This document shows, piece after piece, positions 26,736 through 41,849 of a stretch of DNA of 64,000 nucleotides. Made by a program: the position numbers and the translations under genes. Each line of letters opens with the position of its first letter. Positions within the stretch are counted from its first letter, which is position 1. The notes beneath the pieces were generated by a model. That model had not been told where the DNA came from. It did not search any database and was given only the letters and a program-made list of their open reading frames with translations. The stretch is from Lama glama (lineage: Eukaryota), in the NCBI GenBank assembly GCA_028534125.1, contig CM052817.1, positions 78,370,001-78,434,000 on the forward strand. The letters run 5' to 3'.

Positions 26736-28582
26736 CAATTTTATCTCCCAGAAACACTAGATGAATAAAGAAAGCTGCACTCATTTGCACTGAGCCACAC
26801 AGAAATACACAGAACACTTCCACCTCAAATAGCTACCACCTGCCCCCGTTCACCAAATGTGCTATGAGACATACCCATCCACTTCAGATGTTACAACCTT
26901 CCATTCATTTTCAAACAACCCCCCCACTTCCACCACTTCATAAGAACCCCCAAGGTGCAAACCTTCTGGCATATACATCCACAAGCAAACTTCAGGTCTT
27001 TGTAAAGGTTAACCGACATATTCATCCAGTTACTTATGTATTTCTTAACCACTTTACACGTGTAAAACTGTGCTACCATTTTTATTAGATTCCTGTCTTT
27101 TATTTTATATGTCAGAGACAAAGTTTCTGTATTTTGTGTCCCTAACCCTATTTTTCCCAGAAGCCTTATGGTTCGTATTGAACAATACTGCATAGCATAC
27201 TGACTTTTAAGAACAATCCTGTCACCTTATAGCAGAACTGACTCTAGAGCCCAACAGCTAAAGAGAAACAAGATCAAAGACATACAGACCTGACAGAGTT
27301 AAAGAGTTGAAAACACTTAAGACCATGAAACGAATTCCAGGTCTGATGTATATTCTAGGATAAGATTAATTTTTATAAGTTTTATTTCTTGTTGAGGCAC
27401 TTGATGAAAAATCCAAGGATTCTATTTAATACAAGTCTGGAATCCCCAGGACATGAAAGAAAGCACGCAAAGTTTTAGGTAAATAAAAACCACCTTCATT
27501 CTCCATTGCTACAGCAACTGGGAGCCTAGCACTCCGCTTTATGTAACTTTAGTAAAATACTAACAGAAAACTTACAGTGCCATGTGGGAGTAGTCAAATT
27601 CAGAGGAATCCTTAAAAACAAAACAAAACAAACTCTTATAGGACATTCTCTTGCAGAACTCAAAATGGTTGTGTCATCGAGACCTCTCCAGAGAAACCTC
27701 ATCTCAGAAATACCACATATAATGTACTATAAATGGAAAAAAAATTATTTTTTCCATGAGAAGGAAAGCTTGCTGAAAATGACTCTAGTGCTAACTTTGA
27801 GACAAGGTAAGTTCAACAAGATAGTGTTCAGAATGATAAGGTTAACAAGTAAGAGAACATGAGGCAAGCTCAGCTTTGTTCTCATGTCACCAAAGAAACA
27901 GAAGACTTTCTTCTTGAAACACAAGTGACCTTTACAAGTATCAAGCATTTTTCTTCTCAGTCGCCCTCCTTCTGACCATGGCCACTATCGTGAACCACAT
28001 CATTCAGGCTGGAGTTGACGGTGAAATAAGCAAGGAAACGCTCGCCCAGCCCAGCAATCATCTACGTGGCCAGCTGCTGTGATAACCACATTCTGTTCCT
28101 GGGATAACTTTCTAATTTACCAACTTGGTTGCTTTTCCACTCCTAGTACCAATTTTTACCTGCAGGCTGTTTGAAGAATGATTTCAATTAAAACGACCTT
28201 ATCTTTAGACCAACTTCATGCTTACTACCCAGGAAATCATAAAATGTGGTATGTAAAAATCTCTGGCCACGGGACAAAGACAAAAGAAAAATAAAGTAAG
28301 GAATTAGTTTTTGATTATTAAAAAAAAAAAAGCTGACTACCTCGTTCTCAGATTGGATGGCGATTAAGTCACCCAATTACATTTTAAATCCCTAATAAAT
28401 AAATGTTATGTGTTCATATGGTAACAAAGAATTCCAGAGAGAATAATGAAATTTTTGAGCTGCTAACTTCTGTAGACTTTCATTTCTGTCCTTTACTATA
28501 CCGATAATTCCCTAAGAAAAAACTCATTGAAGTCATCTCTTGATTAAAAAGCAATCTGCAAGAGCTTTCATTTAAAAAAACA

Positions 28583-29412
28583 CTGATTAACAAAGGAGCC
28601 AAAGGAATTCAATGTAGAAAAGACAGTCTGTTCAACAAGTGGTGCTGGAACAACTGGACATATATGTACAAAAACTAAACCACACACAGGCTTTCAAACT
28701 TCCAAAAACTAGCTTCTCCAAATGAATTACAGACCTAAACGTAAAATGCAAGACTATAAAACTCCTAGAATATAACATAGAATAAAACCTACATAGACCT
28801 TAGATTTGGTGATGGTTTTTTCAGATACAATATCCAAAGCACCGATTCAGAAAAGGAAAAATTGACAATTTAGCCTTCATTAAAATTTAAATTTCTGCTC
28901 AACGAAAGATACTACAAAGAGAATGAGAGGCAAACCACATACACTGGGAGAAAAATCTGCTTGTATTGAGAAGATAAAAAGAATTCTTAAAACTCAACAA
29001 TAAGAAAACAAAATGGGCAGGAGGGGGAATTGGAGGAAGGTGGTCAAAAGGTACAAACTTCCAGTTATAAGATAAACAAGGGCTAGGGACGTAACGTACA
29101 AAATGATGGCCTCAGCTAATAACAATGCTGTATGACACATAGGGAAGTCAGGGCAGTAAAGTCCTAGAGTTCTCATTACCAGGAGAGAAAACCCTTTAAA
29201 ATCTGATTTTACACAAGATATCAATAGGTACAAAGAACATTCAAAACCAAGTGTTAAAAGGTACAGGGTTTCTCTAGGGGATGCTGAAAATATTCTAAAT
29301 TAGACAGTGGTGCTGACTTCACATTCTTTGAACATAACTGAAAACTACTGATGGGTATTAAATGATGAGTTTTAAGGCATATAAATTATTTCTCAATACG
29401 GCTGCTATAAGA
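28583..29412 (+). mobile_element. L1 (L1MA/L1MB-like) ORF2 3' part and 3'UTR fragments
   Basis: gttcaacaagtggtgctggaacaactgg, ctataaaactcctagaa, aaaggtacaaacttccagttataagat, and an L1MB-like 3' end at ~29250-29412. Confidence 0.82.
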
Positions 29413-31479
29413 ATAATTCACAAATGCCTCCCACATTTATGCACAAATTATTAGTGCAAAGACAAGGATATCAATGACCACATATCAGATATGCAATATC
29501 ACTGTTTCTTATGTTAAGATAGACATAAAAACTCATACAATTCCTGTTGGTCTTAAATATGCACGGAGACGCACACAGAATGATCTGTAAAAAAAGATAA
29601 TTGACTTCACGTATTTTGCTTTAATTTTTCCCATCATGTAGCCATACGTGACTTGTGTAACGAAAAAAGAGTTTCAAGGGCATAATAACTTGGTTAGCAC
29701 GTGCATCTCCCTTTATTTACACTTCCCCCAGCTTGAAATACTTGCCCAACCTATAGAAGCACTGTTAAGAGTTCTAATAACCAAAAAGACTTTCACTAAG
29801 TGTGCTTTCTGTGCTCCCCAATTGAATCATTTGGAGAACATGGAAATAATGAAAGACACAAATACTGGACTCCTCACCAGATATTAAGATTTATCTTTTC
29901 TTCCAGGCACTTTTTGTATCTTTCTAGGTAAACCCAGCACCTAATACATCATCTGGGACAGAGTAAGCATTCAGGATGCAGCTGCTGAATGAACAAATAG
30001 CCAGTGTGGTCATTCTCATGGGGGACACTGACCCTGAACACACACCCTGTCCATCCTCCATCCCCAGAGAAGGCTAAACTTGTTTCAGCGCCCACCCTTC
30101 CCTAGAAAGTCTACCCCAGCTCCAGGTTGTTTCTGACCGGAGAAGAGCAATCCCATTCTTTTTGCCAGTTCAGGAATGAATATGTGACACCTAAGGGGAG
30201 ATGTACTACAGGAAGGCGGTTCTTGAAAAGGTGTCCTTTCTCCTTACGGACACTATCTCGTTTGAAACATGCCAGGTGCCTGCCACCAGCTCGAGGATTA
30301 AGCCCCTACCAAGGTCAGCAAAGCCAAGTGGTAGAAAGAGCTTCGGTGACACCCGTAAGCTAATTAACCAACCATCCCTAAAGCCTATTAGATCACTAAA
30401 ATTCCTCTTACTTAAGGTAACGTCCTCCTCATTTAAACGAGTAGAAGTTGCTGCTGTTTGCAGCCAAATGCATCTATTTTATAAAAATCCGACGGTGCTG
30501 TAAGTTGTGATCAAAATCACGATGATGGAAGTACTCCAACAATACAAATACCGTATTTTTGTTCCTCTTTTCAACCAAACTACTCAGCCTGGATTCCCAA
30601 CATTCTTCTAATCATACCTCAGGTTTGGCTGAATGGCCAGAAGTTGGCTGCCATACTCAGATAGGAGCCACCCTGTGACAAGCAGACAATCGACAACCAC
30701 AAAACAAATGCAGAACTTCCAGAAGACATAGAACATTGAATCACCCTGCTTATCCTAAACTAGAGGGCCAGCGTCAGGAGGAATGCACTACGACATTTAT
30801 TTTAGGTGGTATTTTTCCACTAATGTTTACACTAAGTGGTTGCATTTGCAACCTAAAACAAAACGTTATCATCTGCAAAAGAAAAACATTTGGTGGCAAG
30901 ACTTCTTTGTTCCAAACACCTAAGAGGACATCCATAAACAATAAAGAAAAATAAAAGATTTTAAACAATTGGAAACATTTTTTTTCCAAAAACTAAAACA
31001 CATTGGAAACCTGGTGCTAAATCAAGTTCCCAAACAGCAGAACAGCTGTAATCACAGAGCAACTGCAGAGAAAGAGAAAAACATCTAAACAAAATGTCCA
31101 GTTTAATATCCTACCAATCAGCTTCTTTAAAACCCCTATTTCACTGAGATCACCATCCTCATGACAAAAGAAAAGGAAAATGTCTGCAAAGTAGGCAAAC
31201 CCAACGCAGTAAAATACCAACGGACTCAATAAGTTGTTTCTTGTTTTTTAACCTGTAACTATGTATTTTCTAAGAATGCTAGTGGTAAAAATAACTTACA
31301 CACTCATACAATATGTTTACTGAACATGAATGATATATTAAATGTTGACTACAAAATGAATCAAACTTTTATCCAATTATATTTCTGTTCTAGATACTGT
31401 GCTAAGCCCTGAGGAGCAAAGGTTAATAAGACAATGCCCTGTCTTCAAAAGTTCACAATGGAGACCACCCACCCTCCCA

Positions 31480-31900
31480 GCCCTTCACTCTCACCCTCCA
31501 AGTCCAACCTCAGAAATGCCATCCTGTCTCAGAAATCTCACCACTTTTCCCCCATACGGCACAGGCCAAACACTTAAAAGTCATTCTGGATTGTTTTCTA
31601 CACACAATCCCTCAGTAAGCCCTACACGTGTTAGTTACTCCAACCTCCAATAACACACAACCAGAAGCCAACCGCTTCCCACCAACTCCACTGCTGAGGC
31701 CCACGTCCAAGCCACCATCCAATCACTCCTCCACCACAGCACAGACTCCTGCCTGGCGCGCCTGCTCCCTCAAGCCTGTTCTCCGCACAGCAGACACGGC
31801 GCTCTTCTCAAGGCACGAAGAGAAGCCCATCATTCTCCAGAGGAAATCCCTTCCACGTCTTCCTCCCGGTGCTGTCATAAACCTTGTGACCTGACCTCTG
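31480..31900 (+). mobile_element. L2 LINE fragment
   Basis: C-rich L2-like sequence (ccaagccaccatc..ctgttctccgcacagcag). Confidence 0.5.
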
Positions 31901-33111
31901 ACCACCCCGGCCCATCATCCTACACGTAGACACTCTCAGTGAGGAACTCTTCTTCCCTCTTCCCATGTTTCCTCATTTTTCTCCTCCAAGAGAGAGATAA
32001 ATTATAAATACACTCTGGCTTTCCCTCCTTCATGGTTCCTTCTCCTCGGCTGATTGTTAAGACCCTGGCAGTCACTCCTCTTCACGCCCAGCTCCCTGCT
32101 ATGCCCTAAGCAGACCTACCATCAGACCCAGGTGTGCTGTCCGGACAGGCTGCAGACCTGCCTCCCCTGCTCTCCGGGATCCTCCTTTCCGATTACACTG
32201 CAAACTGAGTCAGGCCACAATTCTCCATGTAGTTGATGGACAAACATATTCAGAATCTACCTTGCAGACCCAACTCTTGCCTGCAAAGACCAAGATTTAA
32301 GAAGCAGAGTATCAAGCGCCCACTTTGTATACTTCTGGTACAACAGGCAAGATTCCAGAAGGAGAGTATGAAGTCCCCATGCTGACCTTGGGTGTCAGTC
32401 ACATTCTCCAATCTGGCTTGTCTAGAGCCATGAACTTGGAGTTTTTATATAATACATATAATACATACCTCGTTAATGAGGTAGATATTTTAATCTTCAC
32501 CTGGCTCCTGTCTGGTCTTCCTTGGCTAGAACCAAGGAGAGAGGGGTTATTAATTAGTACACATTGCCAGTGTGTAAGTGAAGTGGAGACTGCAGGCTGG
32601 GAAGGAAGTTTCCAGAAATAATCCATATATATTTGGATTGTTTTTAAACTCAGATACAAAAGGGGCCCCAGCTCACCTGGTATGTACATTTATACTGAAA
32701 TAATAATTTACTCTAACTGCGGGAGAGCAACGACTCCTACCAAAACACCTGCAAATACTGTAATCGTGTATTTTCGGTAGCTACGTCTTTGAAAACATGT
32801 TATTTACCCAGAGGTACAAAATCTTTTCTGCTGACAAAAATAAATAAAACCCTGATAGTCTGACATTCTACATTTTGTAATATGCAGCTATCTAGTAAAT
32901 TGTAATGACTAACTGCCCTGGTGATTCCACTAGCCTCAGATGTAAAAAATACAGTTTTCCTCATCAATCTTCAAGGGAACAGATTTAGAAAAATAAACAA
33001 AGGTAAAACTTGTTAAATATTAAATCAGTCTCACACAGGTAAAGCAGACTGCTCTCATCATACTCTGTGTACCCCACAGTATGTTACCTCTGGAACCCTT
33101 ACAAGACCAGA

Positions 33112-33141
33112 GCTCCTTAAGGCTCCTTAAGGCTCCTTAAG
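33112..33141. repeat. Perfect tandem triplication (GCTCCTTAAG)x3
   Basis: Direct reading. Confidence 0.95.
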
Positions 33142-36092
33142 GGTAAGAGCATGGCCTTTTTTAAAAAGCAAAGTTTAGACCCCATTTTGTTTCTTTTTCC
33201 CTAATGCTTTTGTACTGAGAGAGATACCCTTCTACTAACTTATAGGTGATATAATAGCAAGAAATCAATTTGTACCTAAGTAAAAGAAATCTGATATTTT
33301 TTCCTATAAAAACACCAGCCAAAATTGGGGTATTTCACTTGAATCTCCAGTTGTTATCTGGTTCTTTGGGATTCTGCATGTGAGTTCATAACCAGCTAAC
33401 AGCAAGAACTGTCCACAGAGGACCACCAGTATCACTGAACTGTGGCATGATATTCTGGTTCAGTATACATCAGATCACACCCCTGAACACCCATCTGCAT
33501 CAGCTGAACTGTTCAAAGACTAAGAAGCAGACATGAATTCAGCGTGAGTGGGAGAGAAAGAAAAAGGAAGGGGCTGAAACCTTTATGATCTCAGAATAAA
33601 TGCAAAGTTCAGGAATAAATGACTCTACTGGAAATATTAGTACAATGCAGCAGGCAATCCAAGAGGACGCCTTGGGAAAAGGGAAGACGCATAGCCAACA
33701 GAGCAGAGCTGTTCGCAGGATTCCAGAAGACACTGGATTCATCGAGAGCCACTTTGGAATGCCTGAATAACAGGCTGAGCAAGTGGCAATAAAATCTCTG
33801 TTGCATTCTATAGGTACAAAACTTAACAGTATGTGCTAGAGTAAGAGCCAGTGCCTGGAGAGGAGGCATTTGAACTGTGGTTTGAAATACCAAAGAAAAT
33901 ATTATAGGAAGAGAAGGTCTTGGGGACTTAAAAACAAAAATTATTTGAGAGTTTTAGCAACAGTACATGAATGGATTTTGGTCTTAGAGCAAGTCTGAGC
34001 TGGTAGAGCATGGAAAGAAACATATCTCAGTCTCCAAATCACCTGGGAAAAAGTAGGCAAAAAGACTTCTGATTAAGGGAGGAACAGAATACAATACAAA
34101 CAACTGGGCACATGCCATCAAATTATCAACGGGAAGCATTTACAGTCGAGCACAGGTTTCCAACCTCACGCTCTGTAATTGGCCCGAGGCCTGAGAAATC
34201 CAGAATTCTTCTGCTAATGCACTTAACTTTAAAAGAAAATCAAAAATCTGATGTTATCAAGAAGCCTTAAGGACAGATAAGATGAGTCTTTTCAGATTCC
34301 AATCTCAATCCTGGTGGCCAACACAGAAAGAGGCCGAGGTGCTGGTCAGTGCCCAGAACCAGAGGGCATCGTAAGTACCAAGCTGCGCCTCTGGGGGGAG
34401 AGGAAGGTGGCAGTAGACGATGTCAGTGCTTCCCGCCAAACCCCTCAGATGCCTTTATGCCCTGTCCCAAACTAACAGGGACGTACGCACACCAGCGGGC
34501 TCCATCCTAACTGGTACCTCCCAGTTGTCTGGTGTGAACGGGCTTCTTAGGGGCTCTTGGCCCTGTCCATCAGAACTGCAGGCACCACAAGCCAAGTGCA
34601 AATACAAACTGAGAAAGAGCTGTGCCACGTGCTCTTTCACATGGCACCCTTTTCCCGAGACTACCACAGGACCTGGGTTGTGTTCCATAACCACACATAG
34701 GTAACCACTGGCTGGAGGACAAGCGCTACCCATTTGAGAGCTGCCAATGGCTGGCTCTGGAGCTGTGGGGCATATTAGAAAGGACTTAAATAACCAGTCC
34801 TCATTTCCCCACCAGAGGAGGGAAGGCTCATTACCTCCCTCTGAGAGGGCTCGAAGGGCCCCAGAGCGGAGGCCTATGATAGGACCAGTCACTCTCCTTT
34901 CTTTGTGCTCCTTCTGTATCCTGGCACCTCCAAGGCTAAAGTAATAAAAATGGACTTCAATAATGTAGCTCAAGGCTGGGAAGCAGCTCTCTCATCATAA
35001 GGAAGAAGACTGAAGGTGGCAGGCAGTAAACCTTTGCAGTTCAAAAAATGTTGATCGCTTTTCAAATGCTGCCCCGGCAAGCCATCCACCACTGAGGGAG
35101 CCTCTCCTCTGCCGTGCTGAGCAGCACAACTGGACAGAGCAGAGAATGACGGACCATCCACCCTGAAGGGCCAGACTCAGAGATGGAAAAACGACAGAGT
35201 AGGGGGAAAGGTGCGTGAACTAACGGGTTACAGGAATCTTAGGTGAAAAGAGCAGGCTTGAAGGGGACAGACAGGGAGAGTCTGCATCAATATCCTTTGA
35301 ATTGTGTCAAAAGTACAAATACTGCTTATTCAAAACACAAGCATAAAATAAGGAGTAAGATAAAATAAGAACGTCCATCGTCATGTGACTGTAACAGTAC
35401 CCGAACACAGAATGCATAGAATCAATAGCTCTTTGGGTGGCAAAGCGAGAGGACTGAGAATGCTAATGTGCAACAATAATACTGTAAGCACATCAAGGAA
35501 CCATGAGAATACATAGTGCAAAACGAGATGATCTGCTGCAGCTCTGTCAGCCTCCTTAAGTTTCCTAGATGCAAGTCTTTTTTTCAAAATAAAAATTATA
35601 ATCATCATCTGCTCAGCAATGCATCATAACCAGCTGGGCAAGACAGTAATCTGACCACTAAAATTTTCAGAGAGAACATAGCAAATATCAAAAGTCATTA
35701 ACAACCACCTAGATAATTGCTGTTTTTATCATTTATGACTTATTTAGGTTATCTTTTTTTGTCACATAAATGTTTCATTTTTGAAAACCTTCACAGTAAA
35801 AAAAAAATTAACTGCTGAGAAAATTAAGACCTTACAGAAAAATAGTGAAAGCCATTAAAAATACTTTTAGGTTTATAAAAGTAAACAATTCAAACAGCAT
35901 GTTAAATTAAGGCAAATCAATGACATTTTCTACTTAAATCATAATGAAGACTATATTATGAATTTCTATTTCCCATCACCTGTACTGCAGAAATCTTTTA
36001 AGAATCTCTTCTTAAGCAACCCCACTCCCACATCCAGCAGTTTCAGCAATACGACGATGCTCAAATATGTATCTCACTTGCAGAGAATACAT

Positions 36093-36462
36093 TAAGGTGC
36101 GTTTTAAGTGTCAATTTGGCCAGATGGTAGGCCAGTTATTTAATCAAATGCTGACCTAGGTTTTGCTGTGAAGGTGTTTTGTAGATGTGGCTAACATCTA
36201 CCATCAATTGACTTTAAATAAAGGAGATTACTGCCAATCCTGTGTGTGGCTCTCATCCAATCAGAGGCCTTAACTGCAAAAACTGAGGTTTGCCAGAGGA
36301 GCTCTGCCTCAGGACTAAAACATTTATTCCTGAGTTTCCAGCCTACAGATTCCCACCCACCACCCGCACAGTCATGAGAGCCAATGCCTCGAAACACATA
36401 TATACACACACACATATATATCATCCATTGGTTGTGTTTCTCTGGAGACCCTAACTGAAAAG
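36093..36462 (+). mobile_element. ERVL solo LTR, MLT2D-like
   Basis: ttttaagtgtcaatttggc start, gtttctctggagaccctaactg end, candidate TSD tacat (36088-36092 / 36463-36467). Confidence 0.78.
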
Positions 36463-37243
36463 TACATATTCAGAGAAACATTTTATGTGTCATTCTCTGT
36501 TCCAGTATTTTATCCCTTTCTGATTTTACAATCCTACTTCTCTCAGCCCCACCTACACATATCTCACTCCCACCCTCCTCATAAACCACCAAATAAAATC
36601 CTTGGGGCCAAGTTTTCTTTTGCAAGTTTCTGTTTCAACAGTATCTGTATCTCTGCTTTTCCATCTCTCAGGCCCTTTCTTCTTTTAAAGGTTAGAAAAG
36701 AAGAGTAATGAAAATGGTTGGCATAAACTAGGATGAAAATTCTCATGATCTACAGATGCACATTTGCATATACAAATTCCTGCATTAGAGAGATTTTTAG
36801 ATTACAAAAGACTACCTATGGTGTCACAGCTCTTTAAATGTATTTTTTTAAAGGTAAAGTACATTTTAAGCTGGGATTTTCATTCCAACACAGAGCTCTA
36901 TGCAATTAGAACTACAACTGGGAAATAAAAGTTAAAGGAAAAGTGGAATTTCATTTACAGAAATCAAATTCTAAATCCATAAAGAGAATATGCTTATTTT
37001 GAAATCCAAACATCCATATGCATGAAAAACTTCTTTTCAGTGATGAACTATATAAACTGCAGGGTTTTAAAAGAATTGTCTAGTAAGGTATTTCAATAGC
37101 ATTTTTTTAAATGCTAAACTTTCAAGGTACTCAGATTCCTTAAAATCAGAACATTTCAATGCCTAGTCAACTGGAATCAATATCTATTAACTTAGCCTTA
37201 TAAATGCAATTAAACATATTTTAAGTATTTAAAACAACAGTCA

Positions 37244-37366
<123 letters not shown>

Positions 37367-37859
37367 TTAGTACAATAATCAAGTTACTAAAATAAACTAT
37401 TATTACTCCCTGGAAAAATTTTTTTCTTCAAATCTTCATGCCCAATGATTGAGATACATTTAAAACATTAACTAATTTACCCAACACGAAGTATTTACAT
37501 ATATAAAATCCAACTTAATCAACTTTCAGTTGAACAGCCTGAATCCCCAACACAGGAGCCAACATAAAAGGGTTAAACTGCTCAACATTAAAATTCTGAC
37601 AAGGTTCTGAACATCATGTGTTTCAAACCTCTGCAGCCCCTGGCACATGGTCTTAAAATGATAAGCACTGAGTCCTGCCTGACTTGAGAGACAAGCCCAC
37701 CAGGCAGAAAATCACCTGGTTTCCATAAAAATCATAAATTCATCCCAATTATGAACAAGAAAGAAGTAGGTCTGCCATTCTCAGAGGAAGACTGTTCATA
37801 AATAAAGTTTAAATTCTCCTGCCAGTTTTTCAAACAACCAAGGGGGCACACGACAAATC

Positions 37860-38010
37860 AAGGTTTCTCAAAGTGCATGCTTGGAATCACCAGCGTGAGA
37901 TGCACCAGCGGCACTTGTTTCAAATTCGGAGTCCTGTGCTTATTAAAATCAGACTCTCTGGGATTGGGATGTGGGGAGCTGCATTTGGACAAGTTCCCAG
38001 GAGAGAGCCG
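37860..38010. mobile_element. hAT-Charlie MITE, MER5-like
   Basis: ggtttctcaaagtg..aatcagactctctggg..ctgcatttggacaagttcccagg. Confidence 0.65.
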
Positions 38011-39760
38011 CTGGTGCACACCAGGAGCGGCTGGCCCGTGCAGGGAGGGACCTATGGGTAAGCAACACTATTTCCTCAACTAAGGCAACCAAAGCAGACA
38101 CTGGAGAGGCAGAGGGCATGGGGCCAGGCTTGTGCAGCCAGACATTCTGTAGAAATGTGTGCAGAGAGGAGACAGGGTCGCTCATGCCTTTGAGAGCCTC
38201 CTCCAAACCTGCCTGTGACCATTCCACAGTAGAGCCCTTCCCTTCACAAGGAGGTGGAGGGAAAAAACCCAACAAAATATCCAGGGGAACTTCTGACGAA
38301 CATTATTCGGGGGGAAAACAACCACCAAAACAATGTTTCAAGGAATATAAATTCCTTAATGAACAACAGAAAGCCCAACTCCTGGCAACAGTCAAATGTT
38401 AAAGCTTAAAGACACTACAACTAGTTAATGCAACCTCCCATTGTACAGACAAAGAAAAGAAGTTCTGAGAGTCACAAATAATGGCAGAGCCAAGAAGATC
38501 TGTTCTTTACTGTTACCTGGGGGACAGTAAACAGCTACAGAGATCCCTGAAATCAAGACTATAATCCTAAATCACTTAAGCACCAGTACACCAAAGAAAC
38601 AGGGAGACTGCTGTTTATAACATGGAGTTACTGATACTGATAATATTTATCGAGCACATTTCAGACAGGCTGGGCACCATTCTGCTTCTCAGTCCTTCCA
38701 TGCTGAGAATGGCACACAGCATCCCCTCTCCGGCAGGCACAACAGCCCCACAGATGATTATCTTTAAAAGGTCATCACTTCTTCCTTCAACATGGAACCT
38801 CACTGGTATTAATGTCACTTAAGAAAAGCTGTATAAGAAACGAAAGAAGAGGGGAGGGAAATTAACAGGGACTCAATTACTATGTGCCACACACCAAATA
38901 ATCCTATGTGGGAATCCCCCATTTAACAGTAAATAAACTGAGACTCAGGAGTTGAAACAACTTGCTTGATGATGGTCTATCACCCAGCAAAGATCAGAGA
39001 AAGGGCTGGAAACCAGTGGCTTATTGTGAGTAGACAGCTCAGGCCGTGTCCACTTAACCACGTCACCACTCAGAACCCTGACAAGTAACAGAACGACCTG
39101 GTGCCCAGGAGGCTGGGGCCTCTCTGACAACTTCCCACTGACCACGTTTAGCAATTACTCAGGCCGTGCCGTGCCCACAATGCACTGACTGCTGAAATGA
39201 AGGAAGAAATTGACTGATGCTAAAGACAATCCAGAAGAAGGCCAAAAAATAAAGCATGTTTTGGTAATGAATTTGAGGATTTGGCATTAAGGCATATATA
39301 GTTCAATTTTTCACTCCACTTTGTCATGAATTTAGCCTTTGTCAACTAATGCAGAAGGTAATCATCTCAGTACCCACAACCCACTGCAACTGATCTACCC
39401 AAGCCAGTCAGTCCTTCTCTGCAGTATGCATTTGGAAGAAACAGAAAATTGAATCGATCAATTCAGCAGTGTTCAAAGGACTGAAAAGGAAGGAATGGAA
39501 ACCCCAAAAAATGCACTGGGATCAGGGGGAAAAAAGCCTCGTTGGATGCAGGCCTAGTAAGATTATTAAAGGATATACAGCTTTGAAAATTCAAAATAAG
39601 AATCAGAACTGAGACCTTAAAGCCCTGCTATTAATAGAAAGCAATCACTCTATCATAAACGCAAACTACCAAACTGTAATAAATACGGCTTTTGATTTTT
39701 GTCCTCAGCCCATGGTAAGAAGTATGTATTGCATCGCAGCCTAGCATATTCACATAGATA

Positions 39761-39932
39761 CAGTTGACCCTTAAACAACACGCGTTTGAACTATGTGGGT
39801 CCACTTTTATGCAGATATTTTAACTACATCACCCTGGTGGGTTGACTGCAGGGATGTGGAAGAATTGCAGATACTGAGAACCAACTATAAATTATGCATG
39901 GATTAACCCCCACTATGTTCAAAGGTCAGCTG
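39761..39932. mobile_element. TcMar-Tigger MITE (MER8/Tigger2-like), inserted in an older hAT-like element (~39660-40118)
   Basis: TIRs cagttgaccctt / aaaggtcagctg with TA duplications on both sides. The host element ends cagtttgaaaaacactg. Confidence 0.82.
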
Positions 39933-40154
39933 TACTCAGAAACATACACATATAAAACTAAAATGTAAATTTCTTTAAATTATGCTACCCTTACACTGTA
40001 CATGTATTCCATATTTTCTACTCTATTTTACTTTACTTTTGAAAAGATACTAGTTTTGACCCAATAAAGTTAATTTCACAACTTACCAATGGGTTACAAT
40101 TCAGTTTGAAAAACACTGACACTAAAACATAGGAAGAAGGGTCTGGCTGAGTTA

Positions 40155-40283
40155 GGGGAGGGTATAGCTCAGGGGTAGAGCATATGCTTAGCATGTGCAA
40201 GGTCCTGGGTTCAATCCCTAGTGCCTCCACCAAACAGATAAATAAATCTAATTATCTCCTCCCTCCAAAAAATAAAAACAAAG
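40155..40283 (+). mobile_element. tRNA-Ala-derived SINE (camelid Vic-1-like), long form
   Basis: ggggagggtatagctcag..gcttagcatg..ggttcaatccc..gtgcctcc, then an aaataaatctaattatctcc tail. No TSD found. Confidence 0.88.
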
Positions 40284-40815
40284 AACACAGAGGAGGTAAT
40301 TTTATAAGTATATTTAGCCCTCTGCATTTGGTAAAACTGCCTTCCTTGGCAGTACATTGGAAAGTATACTAGTGAGTGTATTAAAATGATGTGATCAAAT
40401 AAACTTGGGTTTCTGTGGATGCAAGATTATAAAAATATAGTGAACTCTTAATTATCCACACAATTGTGGTAAGAAAAAATGCAGATAATTAAAACAATTT
40501 ATATGTGGCGTTTGATGAAGATTTTATAACTTACTAGACCCACTTCCACTTGGAAGCCTTCCTCTAAGGACCCCAGCAACTGCCACCTACTTCCTTCTAC
40601 AACTCTTTATTCATTGTTGTTTCTACTACACAAACAGCACTTTCTTACAATCATAATTTTAATATATCCATTGCTTTATTCACTAACCATTTCTATGGAA
40701 TGCCTAACCTAAGGAAATCTCTCCGATTTCAGCAGGCTTCAAATCTGCTTGCGTAACACACCTATGAAAGGAAGATTTAGGGCACTCACCCCACATTATG
40801 TGTTACTTTTTTCTT

Positions 40816-40898
40816 TTAGTTGAACCACATGAAACTGCCAATATCTGACCATTTTTGACCTACAAAAACGAAAATTTTTTTCATAAGGATTCATTAAA
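40816..40898. mobile_element. MADE2-like mariner MITE
   Basis: gttgaaccacatgaaactgcc..gaccatttttgacctacaaaaacg matches the recalled MADE2 consensus. Confidence 0.75.
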
Positions 40899-41602
40899 AT
40901 ATACATATACATGTGCATGAGCATATTAAACACCCGAGGTGAGGTTCATAATTAATGACAGGAAGGAAACCAACATTTCGAACTATCTTCTTGAAAACCC
41001 CAAATTTTCCAGCTGACTTCCTGTCATCATTGGTTTTACTTTCTGTGATTTAGCAGCTGGAAAGCTCTCAGGTCTACCATCTTCTTGCTGTTCACGTGTG
41101 TCTGCATCATTAATACTACCTTCAATCTGTAACTTCATTGCAAGAAACCTTCCTAGAATTCTTCACTTTAACTACAGAGTCACTACGTCAAACGCTTACA
41201 AGGTTAGGGAGGAAAGCAACACAACATCAGACAACAAACACGTCAAGGACACGCTGACAACTCAAATTTGTATGTGAAATCACTACTATTCTATATTGAC
41301 AACGAATTTCATGTTTTCAAAATTCTGTGCAGATCAAATAAAATGTGACCATAGGACAAATTCAACCTGTAGACCCCAAACTGTCCAAGTCAAACTCAAC
41401 TCTCAGACTGGCTCAATCCCGAGCCTACCATGGCGCTTCTTCACTGTCCCTGAACAAAGCAGAATTTGGGACCCACTGGACTAGACAATAACTTTTAATA
41501 AAAAATATACGACTGCAAACATGTGGGCCATTGTCTCTCATTACGATAAATACTATTAGCAAGAAGTTGAAAGCAAGATTTACTGAAGATGTCTCTCTTA
41601 AC

Positions 41603-41785
41603 ATAGTGGTAAAAGCACTAGCTGAGGCCTCCAGAGACCTGGATCCGAATCCTTGCTCTGCCACTAAGTATCTGTGACACATTAGGATGTCACCAACTTC
41701 AGAGCTTCAGTTCCCTCACCTATAAAACTTAGGGGCCTGGATTAGCTGATTTCTGAGATTCCTTCCAGGTCTCAACTCCTATTAG
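41603..41785 (+). mobile_element. MIR/MIR3 SINE
   Basis: gagacctggatccgaatcc..ctctgccact..cttcagttccctcacctataaaa core. Confidence 0.75.
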
Positions 41786-41849
41786 AAAGAGCTTCCACAG
41801 ACCAAATTTAGAACAATTTGAGAATCAGAGAAAATAAGAGTGTAATTGA

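Noticed and set aside
12932..32728. Shared 14-mer AACTGCGGGAGAGC at ~12932 and ~32715
   Set aside because: Several 14-mer matches are expected by chance in 64 kb, and there is no extension.
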